Origin: Vermamoeba vermiformis
Lineage: Eukaryota
Assembly: GCA_045837725.1 (NCBI GenBank)
Contig: JBEWZL010000263.1
Coordinates: forward strand, 124,001 to 188,000
Direction of reading: 5' to 3'
Length of the DNA: 64,000 bases
Shown: positions 9,651 to 23,255 of the stretch, piece after piece
How positions within the stretch are numbered: position 1 is the stretch's first letter
How the letters are laid out: each line of letters starts with the position of its first letter
Notes under the pieces: generated by a model
What the model was told of the DNA's origin: nothing
Seen by the model: only the letters and a program-made list of their open reading frames with translations
Databases searched by the model: none
Translations under genes and position numbers: made by a program

Positions 9651-12002
9651 TTATTCCTCGCGCTTGAATTTCTCCGCAAATGCGACAGTATTGAGCAGTT
9701 GTGGGACAGCATCGAGCACGTGACTGGCGGGTTCCCACTGCCGCAAGAGCAGCACGAACTGATGCGTGTCTAAAAATAGCTGCAGTGACATCTTGTCCTC
9801 GTCGCTCAGCTCGCCAGTGCCACCACTCGTCACGCGCTTCATCTTGGCGAGGAATTCGTGCGTCTTGAGCACTGCTGCCACCTGACTGGCCACCAGGCCC
9901 TGGTAGAGATCACGTGACTCGCTCAGCACGCGATCGCGCCACTCAGCCACGACCACGTGCTGGCCCAACAGTGGCACTATCACGTGATCGAGCCACGTGC
10001 GCAGGGGCTGAAACGCGTCTTGTACATATAAGGAAGGTGCGGTGGGGGCTGCGCGGCCAGTGAGGCGATAGTGCCCTGGTATCTGCTTCAGCGACTGCAG
10101 GCCCTGGTTGATGGCACCTGTCACGTGCTGCACTACTGCGGGGGTCACGTGATCGATCAAGGCGCGTGTGTTGTCACGTGCGGCTGCCAGCATGCCAGCA
10201 ACAATGTCACGTGACAGCGGACCAATCACGTGCTCAATCTCCCGCGCGAGATCGTTCTCGATCTGAGCCTCAAGCCAAATATAGTCATGCAGTATGCTGA
10301 TCTTCGTGCTGACTGCTGTCACATCAGTTTTGGTCAGTGATTGGTCCACGTGACTGAGCACGTGACTGTGAAATTTGTGCAACAGTTGCAAAGAGAATTT
10401 GAGCAGTCGATGCGCTATCGATGCTAAAAATAGCTCTTTGTCCCAGCACTTCACCAGGGCACTCCAAATCTCGCGCGTGATCTCCATCGTACACTGCGGA
10501 GGTGCCTCGCTGACAGGTGTCGCGAGAGTTCTGACATGTGTCACGACAACATCACGTGACAGACACGTGTCGAGTGGCGTGCTCAGTTCGCGCAGACGCA
10601 GCTGACTGTACACTGTCACGTGCCAGCGTGCCACAAATGATCTATAATTAGCGTGCGCGCGGAACTCACTGACCTCGCTGGCACTGGTCATCAAGCGTTC
10701 AAACTGATCCAAAAATAGCATTGCGGCTGTGTAGTTCTGCAACGAATTAGCGACACGTGTCAAACACTGAACTCCACAACTTACCAAGTGAAATGTTGCA
10801 ATGATTCCCGAACTGAAAGCACGTGTCAGATCGAGCTCTAATCTCCGCGCAATCTCGGGCCAAATCACGTGGACCAACATGTTGTGTCCCGTCACGTGCT
10901 GCAGATCAATCAACACGCTGATTCACTGAATTAGTTCAGTACTAAAAATAGCTCAGCGCACTCACCGCAACTCCCGTTCAGTGAATTGAATCAGCCGGTC
11001 GAACAGTGGGCGCAAATCCTCCACGTCAATGCCCAAAAATAGCTTTTCAATGCGTGGTCGCACGAATTGACTTTGCAACAATTCATTGAGCACGTGACTG
11101 CCGTCCTCGAGTTGCCGATAGATTCTGACACCTGTCACCAATCTGTCAAATGGCGTCAAGTGCTCGCTGTGTCCTCCTTCCTTATTTGGCAATGGTGCCT
11201 CAGCCAGCACGTGCAGCATGATGCGTGCCAGCAGTGCCACCAGCTGCTGTTCAATGCGTTGAATGCGTTGCGCGTGTTTCAGCATCAGCGGCAGTTCTCG
11301 CACCGCGCGCACGTGATATTTGACACTTGTCACTTGATTCGCAATGCGTTCTAAAATGAGCACCTCGTCCTCGTCACTGTCCTCAGGGGGGTTGCCAAAT
11401 AAGGCAATCAACCGCTCCACCTGTGTGATGCTGTGTTCAGTGTCTAAAAATAGTCGCAACAATTGCTTTTTCGTGCTGAGTGCCTGTCGCTGCGTGAGTG
11501 TCACGTGCAACTGCTCCACGTGCGTGTCAATCACGTGACTGATCTCCGTCATATCTCCGTGCAGTGCCATCAGCTTGGGTCTGAGCAGTTGAATGAGTGA
11601 CAGCAAGTGATGCTGTCGTCGATGCAGGGTGAGGAAGTGCGCGTACTGGCTCTCAATCACGTGACTCACTGCCAGCGACAGCTTGTCGTGGTAGCTGATT
11701 GCAGGGCATATGTTAGCATCGTTGCTGCACATCACGCAGCTGTCTTACCTAGTGAGCAGTGTGACGAGTGCTGCGAGTGATCGATCAGGGCCAGTCATCA
11801 CGCGCAGTCGATTCACCAGGGCCTGCACACTCTGCTCCACACTGCTGCCTTGCGTGGTGTCGGACAGCGAGGCTTGAATCTCGGCTTCAATCCACCACTG
11901 CTCGGCACTCAGCGCAGTGCCTGTCACGTGACTCACTTTGTCGTCATCCACCAGGGCCATCATGCTCTCGAGCGAGGCACTTGCTGGTGTATTTGTGGAC
12001 AT
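9651..12002 (-). CDS. COG2: Conserved oligomeric Golgi complex subunit 2
   Basis: FSSGIIATFH, RWHVTVYSQLR, IPGHYRLTGRAAPTAPSLYV and SDEDKMSLQLFLD match the COG2 C-terminal domain; at least 3 introns. Confidence 0.85.
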
Positions 12003-12348
12003 CTGAAATTGAATAATAATAATTAATATTATTAATAATTGACGACAACATCCAATTATTACTCAATGATAATGTTTAATCGTCAACAAATTATAGCAAA
12101 TTTATTGGAGCATTATCAAAAAAAAGTCTGATCTGCTTACCTGTTTTTACTACTCTTGAACAACAATTACGATTATGAACGAGAATATTACAATTTACTT
12201 AAGGTAATTACCAAGGCGGAGCGTTACATATGTGTTTGTCACAATAAATGTAATTGAAGGAATGGCTTCGAAAGATAGCGAAAGCTGGTACAACCACAGT
12301 GCTATTGTATAATAGTATAATTTTATTTTTTTCGATTACACCATTATT

Positions 12349-12923
12349 TTAGAGGAGAGATTCGTATTTAACAGGGGCGATGGTTTCAATGTTAGCCTTG
12401 GCCTTGATAAATTGAGCAGCGGCGGGAGCTCCGGGAGTTCTCTTCAAACCAGTGGCTTTTTCTATAATTGAATAATCATAGATGAATATTGGTACGATAA
12501 TGATAACAAATAGTAGAACGAATATAAGTAAGGACGATCAGCTAAACAGATCTTACCTCCTTTCTTAAGAGCGCGCTTCTTGGCGTCATTCTCCTTTCGT
12601 CGCTTAAGGAATTCAACGTTGCTCTTGGAGGGGCGAACGTGTTCAATGCGAACGTGGATTCGCTTGGGGATGATGCGGTTCTTCACTTGTTTGTGAATCT
12701 CAACACCAATGGCGCGAGGAGTAACGTTCCAAACGCGACCAGTGCGGCCGTGGTAGTACTTGTGGGGCATACCCTTGTGAACAGCACCATTGCCCTTGAT
12801 GTCAACCAATTGACCAGTCTTGTAAATGTTCAAGTAGGTGGAGCTCTTCAAGGGACCGTTAGTACGGAAATCTCTTCTGAACAAGTATCTAGTGTGAGCT
12901 CTGTAACCAAACGAGTGAGGCAT
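12349..12923 (-). CDS. RPL21: 60S ribosomal protein L21
   Basis: [15 protein letters not shown]...[13 protein letters not shown]...[10 protein letters not shown]; last exon about 12460-12349; 5'UTR intron about 12924-13161. Confidence 0.97.
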
Positions 12924-13585
12924 CTAAATTAAAAAAAAAATAATTATTACCACGATATTAATTATTTTGATAACAGTAACAATCGGTCAGCAAAATTAAA
13001 ATATTATTATTATATTTCCATATTAATTGACCATATGATTATTGATTTAATAAGTGCTGATCGTTTTAATCCTCAACAGCTGAATCTACTCGTTGAACAT
13101 ATTCCTTGGGTTAAATACAAATGCAGCTTTCGGTTTTATTAGCTTCGCGTATTATAATTACCTTTAAGGATTATATGGGACCGCTGCTAAGTGAACAACA
13201 AATGACGATAACAAAGAAGATTGTTTTTTCTGCCATTGATAAATTTGATAAAAAAAACTGACCAATTGTATTGGTTGACCAGAAATTTCATTTCAAGTAG
13301 TTTCGCTAAGCCGGTATAATGACACCAACGGTCCTTGCATAGATCTATTAATAAGCTACTCAACCAATTGGTGATTTGTTGAGAGATTCGATTTTTTTCA
13401 GATGCGATCTGTTTCTTTCTCTACGAGGCTAAATAGTACTATTGATCTTATCTATAATTATAGTTAGTTTTATTTAATTGTCCTGATGGACAAATCCGTA
13501 GTTTTACATCGGGTATGCTTTGTACATATTGGTGAGTGAATAGTCGGGTGGGGGTATGGTTACTATGAACATCTATTTACAGTAA

Positions 13586-15479
13586 TTAATGCTTGAACTT
13601 CTGCGGCGAGGCTGCGAATCCACCCTGTGGCGAGGCGAAGAGCACTTCTACGAGGAGTGGAATGTGATCGGAGCACATGAACGGGTTGGGCAGAGCACCG
13701 TAGCTGGAGAGTACGATGGACGGGTCCACGCCCTTGAGCACGCGCAGAGGAGTGAAGGCGTGCGGAGTGTACCAGATGTAGTCCAGCACTCCGACAAACT
13801 CGCTGGTGAAGTTCGTGAAGGGAGGTTCACCACCCACCTGTGCATATGAACTGCGCAGCGGTATGTTGTGATTGAGCCCTGTGCCCGTAGCAGCAGTGTA
13901 GGAGCCGTACTGATAGTCCACAAAGTCCTGGTGATTGTTGTCCACGTGTCCAGTGTGCAGCAGTTGATAGACACCGCTGTCGGGCATCGAGTTGAAGTCA
14001 CCGCACAGCAGCATGGGCAGCCAGCCTTGCGACTGTTTGCCGCGCTCTTTGTTGATCTGCGCGAGATAGCGTGCATTGAGTTCTTCGAGCTGTTCGAGCA
14101 TGAGCTGTGTCTGCATCAGCTTGACATCGCAGTACTCGGGGTCCCAGTGAATGTGCGTGGTCACCACCATGATGCGATCGTGTGGCAATCGAGCGCGAGC
14201 ACGTGATTTGACGCGCAACAGCACTGCGAGGGCAATGTTGTCCTTGGTCATCAAGCGATTCAGACCCGAGTCGTGGCTGTTGTTCGTCTTCTTGCCCGTG
14301 AGTTGTTCGTACTTGTGCATGGCGAGTTGTTGGAACTCAATCAGCTGCAGATCGAGCAGATCAAACAGCTCGGACTTGAAGAATATAGCGCACCCATCCA
14401 CTCGTCGCACGTCCTCCTTCGTGCGCGCACGTGACTTGGGTCGGAACACACCGAGGTAGCCCAATCGCTCCATTTCAGGCTCGAAGTAGGTCGTGAAGCT
14501 CTCATTCTCGACCTCTTGCAGACAAATCACATCCGCATTGCACTGATTCAGCTCGTTCAGCAGCCGTTGCTTGCGATAGTCCCAGTGCAGGGCCCAGCGC
14601 GGACAATAGACCGTGGCTGGTCCCGTGTAGCTGTCGGCGAGTATGTTGTAGCACATGACGCGCAGTGTGGCCTTCATGTCGGCATTGCTGAGTGCCGTGT
14701 TGTACTGCCACTCGCGCGGTGGTGGTGGATCACCCGCTGATGTGAATAAGAGATTAATAGGGCTGTAGGTGATTGGGGCAGTGTAACGCTGCTGACCGAA
14801 AGAGCTCCTCGTTATTCAAAAAATTATTGATTAATTTGATCGTCAATAAATTATCGATGAACACCTTCGTAGATATATATTGGTAATATTAATATAACGA
14901 TCAAAATATTCTGATATTTTAATTATTTCGGTTTGATCGCTTACTCGGCATTTTTTCTCGCAGAAATGAAGTGATAAACATAGCATCTTGTTGCAATACG
15001 TCAATAGAAGGTGATATAATGGGGTTGCCATCGATTTCGAGCTTCTCCAGTCGAAATAACTTGCCCATCTCGACGGGCAGCTCGCGGATCTGGTTGTGTA
15101 CAAGCGACAAGACCTGGAGTTGCAACAAATTACTGATATCTGGTGGTATCCACATAATTTGATTGTAAGAGAGGTCCAGACGACGCAATGATAGCAACAC
15201 AGTGAAGAGCTCCACCGGCAGCAAGGTGAGTTGGTTGTGGTTCAGATACAGCTCTGTTAACTGCGAGAACTGTGCAATACTCGGGGATATAATGCGCAAT
15301 CCGTTGTAGCTGATGTCTAGACGTGACCACTCTTCAATATGGTGTATGACGCGCTTGGGTTTGTAAATTGCTTCTTGCGCATCTCGATGCGAGCGATATT
15401 GCTCTTTGACAAGAGGTTCGAGTACCTTTATCTCCACTAGGTCCTCACCCTCACCGACGACACTAAGCGGCGTGTACAT
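13586..15479 (-). CDS. CCR4: CCR4/CNOT6 deadenylase (LRR + EEP nuclease)
   Basis: N-terminal LRRs; CYNILAD, ICLQEV, DGCAIF, THIHWDP, GDFNS, LDYIWY and SDHIPL motifs. Confidence 0.95.
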
Positions 15480-15720
15480 CGCGCTGTGTTGTCGAGGGCT
15501 CGTTGATTATCGATAATAGCAACTAACGCACAAATCGTGCTTTACGACAAAAATCTCTGTTCTCAACCAGGGCTCTTTTTGCGATCACGTGGTTGGGGTA
15601 AGCACCACACTGAGGCATAATAAACAAGGTCTAAGTCAATGTAGTTCATAAATACGCGTTTTCTTTTAACAAATTTGAAGTACAAAGAGGGTTTTGGTTC
15701 TATAAATAGCAGCGGTGTGT

Positions 15721-18328
15721 TTAACTCAAGAAGAGCTTGTTGATGAGCAGCAGCGTCATCTTCACATTGAGGGTGATGCGGTCTTCCAGCTCCAGCTCAG
15801 GCACGTTCTGTTCTTTCTTTTCGAGCAGCTCATCCAGCAGCAGTTGTTTCTTGGCGACAGAAATGCCAGCCATCTTGGCTTCAATATCGAACTTGCCCAT
15901 GTCAGGCATGGTGATGAAGAACTTCATCTTGCCTGCAATGCCGGGGTCACCTTCCTCAACGATGACACCCTTCTTCTGCAGCTCTTTGAAGGTGAATTTG
16001 AACGGCTTCTTCTTGCGCTGCTTCAACTTCTTGGCTGCGTTCTCGCGACACTTCTCCAAGTACTTCTCGAACTCGCTGATCTGCAGCGTGATGAACTCTT
16101 GGTGCGCCTTGACACTCTTCAGCGTGGCTTTCAAGCGCGCGACTTCACGGCGCTGTTGTTCGCGTCGCTCAGAGCGATTGATGACTTCGAGTGCCACGTC
16201 CTTGAGGAAGGAAGTGTAGCGATCTTCTTTGCTCACCAGGCCCTTCTCTTCCAACACCTTCAAGTTGTCCATGATCTTGTTGATGTTCTTGGACAGCTGC
16301 TTGTTGTCAGACTCCTTTGCGAACTCCTTGCCGTCCTTGAGCACGGTGATGAGGGTCTGATTCTGCGCGGGCTTGATGGGCACCACTTTGAACACTTGAA
16401 TCACCAGCTCTTTGGTGGTCTCGTACACATTCTCTTCGCTCACCAGACCTGCTTCCACATTGCTCTTGAACTTGTTCTCGAGGGTCAGTTGAATCTCGCG
16501 CTCAGTGTCCTCTTCGTCCTCTTTGGGCACCTCACCGAGGTCTGCCAAAATGTTGCGGAGCGGATCTGTCTTCTCGGGGGCGACTTGATCGGCATATGTA
16601 GTGAGCAGCGAGTGGATGTCAATCAACTCTTGAATGGAGACAATGATGATGGGCTTGCTCTTAATGGTGAGATCAATGTAGCGATTGACTTGCAAGTACT
16701 CTTCGGGATCAGACACATCCACCAAGTCCTGGAAGTAGCTGAGCACGGCAGGCTTGCTCTTATTGATCCACGTGTTCATGGCGTAGAACTCGTTGCTGGG
16801 CTTGAACTGACCGAACAAGAAGAGCGACTGCAGCACCTTGCTGATGGCAATCAACTTCTTGCGCACCACCACACTCGACATGTTCTTGTCACCCACGCCG
16901 TAGTCATCGGGCTGCACAATCATCGTGTTCACGAAGCGATAGAACGAGAAGTAGCCAATGGTTCTGAACACCTCTTCGGGCTTGGTCTTGGGGAATCGTT
17001 CGAGGGTGATGTTGCGGATCTGCTTGCAAATCAATCGCAGACCGTAGGGCAAGTTCTGCAGTGTGTTCAACATGGCATCGAGCACCTTTTGACACGCGTC
17101 AGTCAGTGTTGCAACGCGCTTCTGCACTTCAGCTTGCACGGTGGGGTCTTTCATGGCCTCTTCCTCGCTCACTGCACCACCACGCAACTTTTGGTAGATC
17201 TGCTCGTGCATCAGTGCCTGTGTTATCGCAGCCATAGTCACAGTCAGTACTTACAGTAGCAGCGTTGAGTTCCAAGCTCGACTCGTCCTCCACGAGTGAC
17301 TTCATGACGGGACCGAGCGCACTCTTCAAGTACTCGACGCCCTGTTTGCGTCTGTTGTAGGCAATCACCATGGTCGGAATCACTGACGCAGCACCAGCTT
17401 CTTGCAGCACATTGACATTGGCAATGTTCATGATCTCTTTGCGAATGGCCAAGCGGAACAACTCGAGCAAGAGATATTCTTCACGGGGACTGAACGCGTC
17501 ACCGAACAGCGTGAGCAACAGCTTGTCGAGCAATCGCTTCATCTGTTCGGGAGACACCACGTAGAGCAATTCAGCAAAGTACTTGGGCTCAGTCTGCAAG
17601 CTGTACAGCAGATGTGCGTACGACTCGAGCTTCTTGCGATCTTTGTCCAGACCGGGGTAAATTTCACCGCTTTCGTTCTGCTTGGGTTGCTTCTTGACTT
17701 TTTTGACTTTTTTCAACTCGCGGTCAATCTCTTGCACTGAAGTTCTGTTCTGAATCAGCAACGCGATTCGTTTTTCGAGCTTTTCCAAATCCAATTCGAG
17801 ATTTCTGTTGTGTCTAATTTCACGCACTAATTGACGCTTCAACTCTTGAATATCAGCAATAAAGTCCTGCTCCTCTTTGTCAGACATGTTGAGCATCAGC
17901 AAGTTGTGAATCTCAGCAGGCGACAGATTGCCGCTGCGAAGACGGTCCTTTTGCAGTCTATATTCAACCATTTCGCGCAACAACATGCGTGCTTCGAGGG
18001 TCATCATCAAGCACTTGCGTTCAGTGTTGAATACTTGCGCAGGTAACAACGCGGCAATCTCAGCATCAAGTCCAGTCTGCGGCACGCCAATGGGCTGCAC
18101 GTCGCGCAGTGATTCGAGAGCACGACGCTCCTCCTCACCACGATTGTTGCGTGGAGATTCTTCTGATGATGAGTCGTCCTTCTCTTCCTTGTGAGTATTT
18201 TTGTTTTTGAGTACGACTTCTTCTGAGCTTGATGAATCGTCATTGGAAGAGCTACTTTTTTTATTATTATTTGTCGCGTCATTATCGCGAGATGTTTTGC
18301 TTTCAACGGATTTTTCGGTATCGCTCAT
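15721..18328 (-). CDS. IQGAP-related RasGAP-domain protein (Dictyostelium RgaA/GapA type)
   Basis: LEKRIALLIQNR, LQTEPKY, FSPREEYLLL, LPYGLRLICKQI and FYRFVNTMIVQPD motifs plus RasGAP_C ending LLLINKLF; one intron near 17200-17253. Confidence 0.92.
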
Positions 18329-18684
18329 CTTGGCGCCGTACCTGTGGTATATTGAGTTAATAAGTACATTGGCATGCAGTAAAAATGCAATAGAATACGA
18401 ACCTATTAATACGTTGCTTTCAGCTGGTACCTTTATTGAAAACAAATCATTTCCATTCAAAAAAACGGCTCAAAAATCTTGTCGATAAAGTTGATAAAAT
18501 CCTTCGCGCGCATTTTCAGAAAACTCAGCGATGGGGACTACTATGCGTACAATGTCTGATATGACAACAACTTAGGCACGAATAATGATAACACCCCGTT
18601 ATATCGTTCGGTAGCGCAAATGTTCGGTTAGGTTTGAACGAGTCGAGTGGTGTTTATTTACAATAATAACAGCTGCAGTGTTCG

Positions 18685-20057
18685 TTACACGGTGCTGACT
18701 TTGGGAGCGTTTTTCTTCGCGGCAACGGACTGCTCGTACTTGATCTGTCCGTACCAGATACTCGCTAGAGTGCTCGTACTCAAGCCCAATGCTGCAGCTA
18801 TAGTCATGGGCATACCACCGAATAAAAAGAAGCCCATGACAGTCGCTAAAATATTCTTGATCTGTCCAGTAATGGATGTGGTGAGCGGTGAGTTGACGAT
18901 TGAGCAGAGGAATATGAGGTAATTGAGCAAGAATGCTTGAACGGACGACATCAGGAAGCAGAACTATATGATAGCATATTAGTCATATTTACTGAAGTGT
19001 GCCGCGCACGTACCAAGAAGCCCAAATCCGTCCACTTATCGTACTGCAGTATGTCGCTGAGTTCCGTGAAGCCTACAATGACAACGTAGAGCGGGAATGA
19101 GAACAAGTTGTTGTAGAACATGAGTCCAAAGGTGTTGAGATTGGTCTGGTCCTTGGCGTCTTTAATCGCGAGCAAATAGCCCGCAGTGAAGAGACAGTTG
19201 ACGAAGATGAGCACGTAGCCGAGCAGATGGAATTCGAGATCACCCCACCCTGCTGCGATGGCACCTGTTGCGCGGTCAGTGAGAGGTCAGTGCGCGGGTG
19301 TCGAGTACAGTACCGATCAACATCAAGTAGATGGAGAACTGTTCATCACGCGGTATGACACGTGTCAAAAAGTGTTGTTCACCAATTAGCGTGATCCAAG
19401 TGGTCAAGCGACGCAGCACACTAGCGCAGGTCAGTCACACAGCCACACACACACACAGCAGCACGTACCTGTACATGGCAATGTTGACGTAGGTCAGACT
19501 GGCCAGGCCCGTGGTCACCATGCCACCAAAGCTCAGCGTCAGCCACTTGAGCTGCACAGAGGGGTCAGTGACACACTACTCGAGGACAGCGCGGCACTTA
19601 CCTTGTACGCAGTGGACCAGGAGAAGGCCGGGTATTCAATGAGACTAGTGCGCTTCATGCCCTCCAAGAAGAGCAGCGAGAAGAACATTTGACCGAGTGC
19701 GAGTGTGTTGGCGTAGGGGAAGTGGTAGTGTGAGAGCACGGCTTTGTTGAAGATGGTGATGCTGATCGATACAACGCCTGCAACGAGGGGTGTTAGTGCG
19801 GTGCATTCAAGGGGTAGATAATGTGGTGTTAGTGTGCAGATACTCCGCTGACGTCAATTACAAAAATAATTAAAAATAATTTAAATTCTGACCAAATATA
19901 AAATTGAGCTGCCTTCAATAGCAAGCTGAATATCAATAATTGCGCACATAATTAAATAAATTTTACCATAAGCGATCGCTACAGCCAGTCCAACATATTG
20001 ACCCAAGAACTGTCTCACTACACGCGGTATCAGTTTGTTAGCTCTATCTTCTTCCAT
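18685..20057 (-). CDS. Nucleotide-sugar transporter (SLC35D/GONST-like)
   Basis: ITIFNKAVLS, MYSVLRRLTT, GLMFYNNLFS and VNSPLTTSITGQIKN motifs; multi-TM; about 5 introns. Confidence 0.88.
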
Positions 20058-20229
20058 CAGGCAGGTAGTATGATACAATGGAAGGCTAGTGTGTTGCTTG
20101 TGCAACTGCAACAAAGATAATTAACTCAGGCCAACTTAGGCATCACAACTGAAATTTCACAATAATCACGTGGCCAGGCAGTGCAGTACACGAAAAGATA
20201 TTTAACACGGGACTATAATACAAATACAC

Positions 20230-21894
20230 TTAGTGCTCGTTCAAGTGCAAGCGATGCGTGTGCAGCGAGAGTTCCAAGTCCTGCACGACACTCAGGGCCC
20301 CCAAGAGCTGTTCGCACTGTTTGACAGCTGTCACCTCTTCATGAACGACGCCGCTCAGACTGGACAGCATGGCACTCACTTCGCTCCACTGCGCGCACAG
20401 GTCAGTACGTGGCACGTGATACCAGAGTGCGACACTTACCTTGTCGAGCTGTGCACTGCTGTCACCAATCACGTGCTCGAGATCAGCACCGCACTCGTTC
20501 AGTGAATGCAGCACTGAGTCGTCGAGTGTCACGTGACTGACTGGCATGCGGTGCGTGTTGTACTGCAGCACAGTGGACAGCTCTTCGTAGCGTGTCAAAC
20601 TGTCACTCGCACAGCTGTCCACGTGCTCTACCAGGGCACTGAGCTGCGCGTTGAGCAGTTCTTCGAGCAGATAAATCTCCTGCTTGAGCTCCAAGTCACT
20701 GCGATCACGTGACACTGCTGTCTTCAATTCGCTCAATCGCTCGTGCGCGGTGTGAATCAGTTGCTAAATAAGGCAAGGTGTCAGTCACGTGCCTCGAAAC
20801 AGTGCCAGTCCGTACCTCAGCGCGCAGTTGTCGAGCAGCGAGTGCGTGACTGAGCTTGGCATTCACAAAGCACCACTGCAACAGCGCCGTGTTGAGCAGT
20901 GACGTGTCAGACCTGTCACTGGCTGGCACTGACGACAGCACGGGGGACACGTCACTCTTCTTGCTGTCACTCGGCACTGTGACACGTGTCGTCGAGGTGC
21001 TGGGTGCGGAGGGGCGTGTGACAGCTCTGTTGATGGGTGCCGTGGTGGTGCGTGTCAAAGTGCCACTGACGCGCGTGCTGGTGACAGCTTTGACAGTGCT
21101 GGTGCTGGCACGCAGCTGTGTTCTATTAATAGACGCGGTGTTGTCAATGCGCTGCAGACTGCTCCGTGCAGGTGCCTCGTTGACAGGTGTCGCAGTGACA
21201 CTCGCAGTCGAGTCACGTGGTGCAGTCTTGGAGGGAAATTCCGCCGACTGACTGGTGATGGAGGCACGTGACGCGAGTGAGGTCCGAGCCCTGGCTGTGA
21301 GAGCGGTGAGTGACAGGTGTCAAACAGTGGTGCGTACCAGTGAGGGATTGGCCGTAGTCGAGTCGTCGCTTGGTGGCACTGGGGGGCTGTGCGGCCGTGG
21401 TGGATTTGACTGGCACCGTGCTGGGGGGCAATGTTAGTGCTAACATCGAGGGGTACATATATATATATGCGCGTCCTAGTGTCGAGTGCACTGCTGTGAC
21501 GTACCTCTTCACATCGCGCTTCTTCTCTGCGCTGCGTGTGGGCGTGGGCTGCATGTAGCGCGATTGCACGTACTTGACTGGCATGATGTGAGTGTGGGTA
21601 CGAGAGGGGTGTAATAGCGAGGTATAGAATGCATATAGTACTGCACTGCTATGTACTACTCACCTTTGCGAGCACTGCCCTTGCTAGCGCTCTTAGAAGC
21701 AGAATTGCTCTCCTCAGATTTGGTCTTGTTCGAAGGGGGAGTCATAGGCACAAATCCCGTATTCTCGCGTCCTGTAAATATGGCGAATTTATCTGCATCG
21801 AAATCGTCGATCAGATCTGTTGCTGGAGGGAGATGAAGATCGTTAGTGCTGAAGAAGTGCTTCAATGAGTGGTCTTACTCAGTAACTCCGTCAT
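20230..21894 (-). CDS. Augmin subunit 8 / QWRF-like protein
   Basis: VQSRYMQ motif, S/T/R-rich linker, LLQWCFVNAKL (QWRF-like) and a C-terminal helical region. Upstream exons from ATG 21894 splice in frame. Confidence 0.65.
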
Positions 21895-22033
21895 TGTCGA
21901 TGATATAGATTAAATATACAGTAGTGTATGGCACTTGTGTTGTATTGCTGTTGAGCGAGTGAAATTAAATTAATTTTAAAACCCAATTGCGCGGGAATTT
22001 ATTTTGAACAGCTGATCAGATCGCACACCACAA

Positions 22034-23163
22034 ATGAACTTGCGTGAACTCGATGCGACGATCCAACGACATGTTGCCTATAATCAACAGATATTGTTGT
22101 GCGTCTCGATGACCACTGAAGTCGCTGTCTCACTCGCGGAACAGGGCGATGATCAGGAGGTAGTACTTAATTGTCATAGCGACGAATATTATTATTTTAT
22201 TTTGTGACTAATGCTAGCTCATAACTGCCACTGAATAAGATGAAATAACAAAGTATTAATTATTTTTCAATTTCTGTGAATTTAATTGCAATAATTATTC
22301 TCAATACTGACGCACTGCCAGGCCAATAAGCTCGAAGACACTATACGCGAATATTTGAAGCAAGAACAAGAGATGAAACATCACCTCACGGCACTCGGTG
22401 AGATCAAGAATCAACTCTCGCGCGGGGAGGTAATGCGCTCCTATTGAGCCTCGTACTGGCACTATACTAACACCGCACTGACACCTCACACCGCACAGCT
22501 CAATCTCGACAGTGATCCGCAAGACCCGTCAGTGGATGAACTGACACAACTGGTGCAACAGCGCGTGACAGCACTGAGCAGCACGAGCGAGCAGTGGTGC
22601 AAGTCACACCCCAAGTGGCGCGAGTTCAAGCAGCGCGTGTGGAGTGTGCACCACCCTGATGAAGCACTGCCTGACGATGAGGACAACGAGGTGATTGCCA
22701 TGCACCACAACGCGGCTGCTGAGACCAATTACCTCTGTCCCATCACGCGTGCCGTCTTGGTGCGGCCTGTCAGAAAGTACGTAGTGGATGTGTGTATATA
22801 TCTCTATATATATCCTCTATCTATCTCTATATATCTCTGTATATCTGTATATCTATATATATCCCATCACACCCTCTCCAATACTGACCACGAGTCTCCA
22901 GCGCGCTGTGCGGACACGTGTACTCGCACGAGGCCATGCAGCAGTACTTGAAGGGCAGCAGAGGGACCAAGCGCTGTCCAGTGGTGGGTGAGTGCAGCAG
23001 TCGCGGTGCATATATATACCAGTGTGCTCACAGTGCTGCAGGGTGTGCGCAGAATGTGACCGAGGCGCAGTTGGAGCCAGATCTGGATCTCGAGCGGCGC
23101 ATTGAACGCATGAAGAAGAAGAACAAGCGCCGCGACAACAACGCTAATGTCGTCGATCTGTAG
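22034..23163 (+). CDS. NSMCE2: SUMO E3 ligase NSE2/Mms21 (SP-RING)
   Basis: CPIT...PVR..RCGHVYSHEAM...CPVVGC SP-RING after an N-terminal coiled coil; about 4 introns. Confidence 0.85.
22795..22863. repeat. (TA/TC)n compound microsatellite in NSE2 intron
   Basis: TATATATCTCTATATATATCCTCTATCTATCTC... read directly. Confidence 0.85.
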
Positions 23164-23255
23164 GGCAAGCAGTGGGCTGTAGTGTATATAGTTGTAGGCA
23201 ACGAGGTAATGAACTCTTTTTGTACAGTACAGCAGTGTGCCACCACAAGACATTG

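Noticed and set aside
12924-13161. Intronic snoRNA in RPL21 5'UTR intron
   Set aside because: No convincing C/D box pair or H/ACA hairpin pattern by eye.
15715-17259. 514-aa plus-strand ORF (and similar antisense ORFs at 2147 and 8872)
   Set aside because: Antisense shadows of GC3-rich genes on the opposite strand.
21656-21865. Separate small gene upstream of HAUS8-like
   Set aside because: It splices in frame (AAAG|gt...ag|TCAAG) into VKYVQSRY, so it is a 5' exon.
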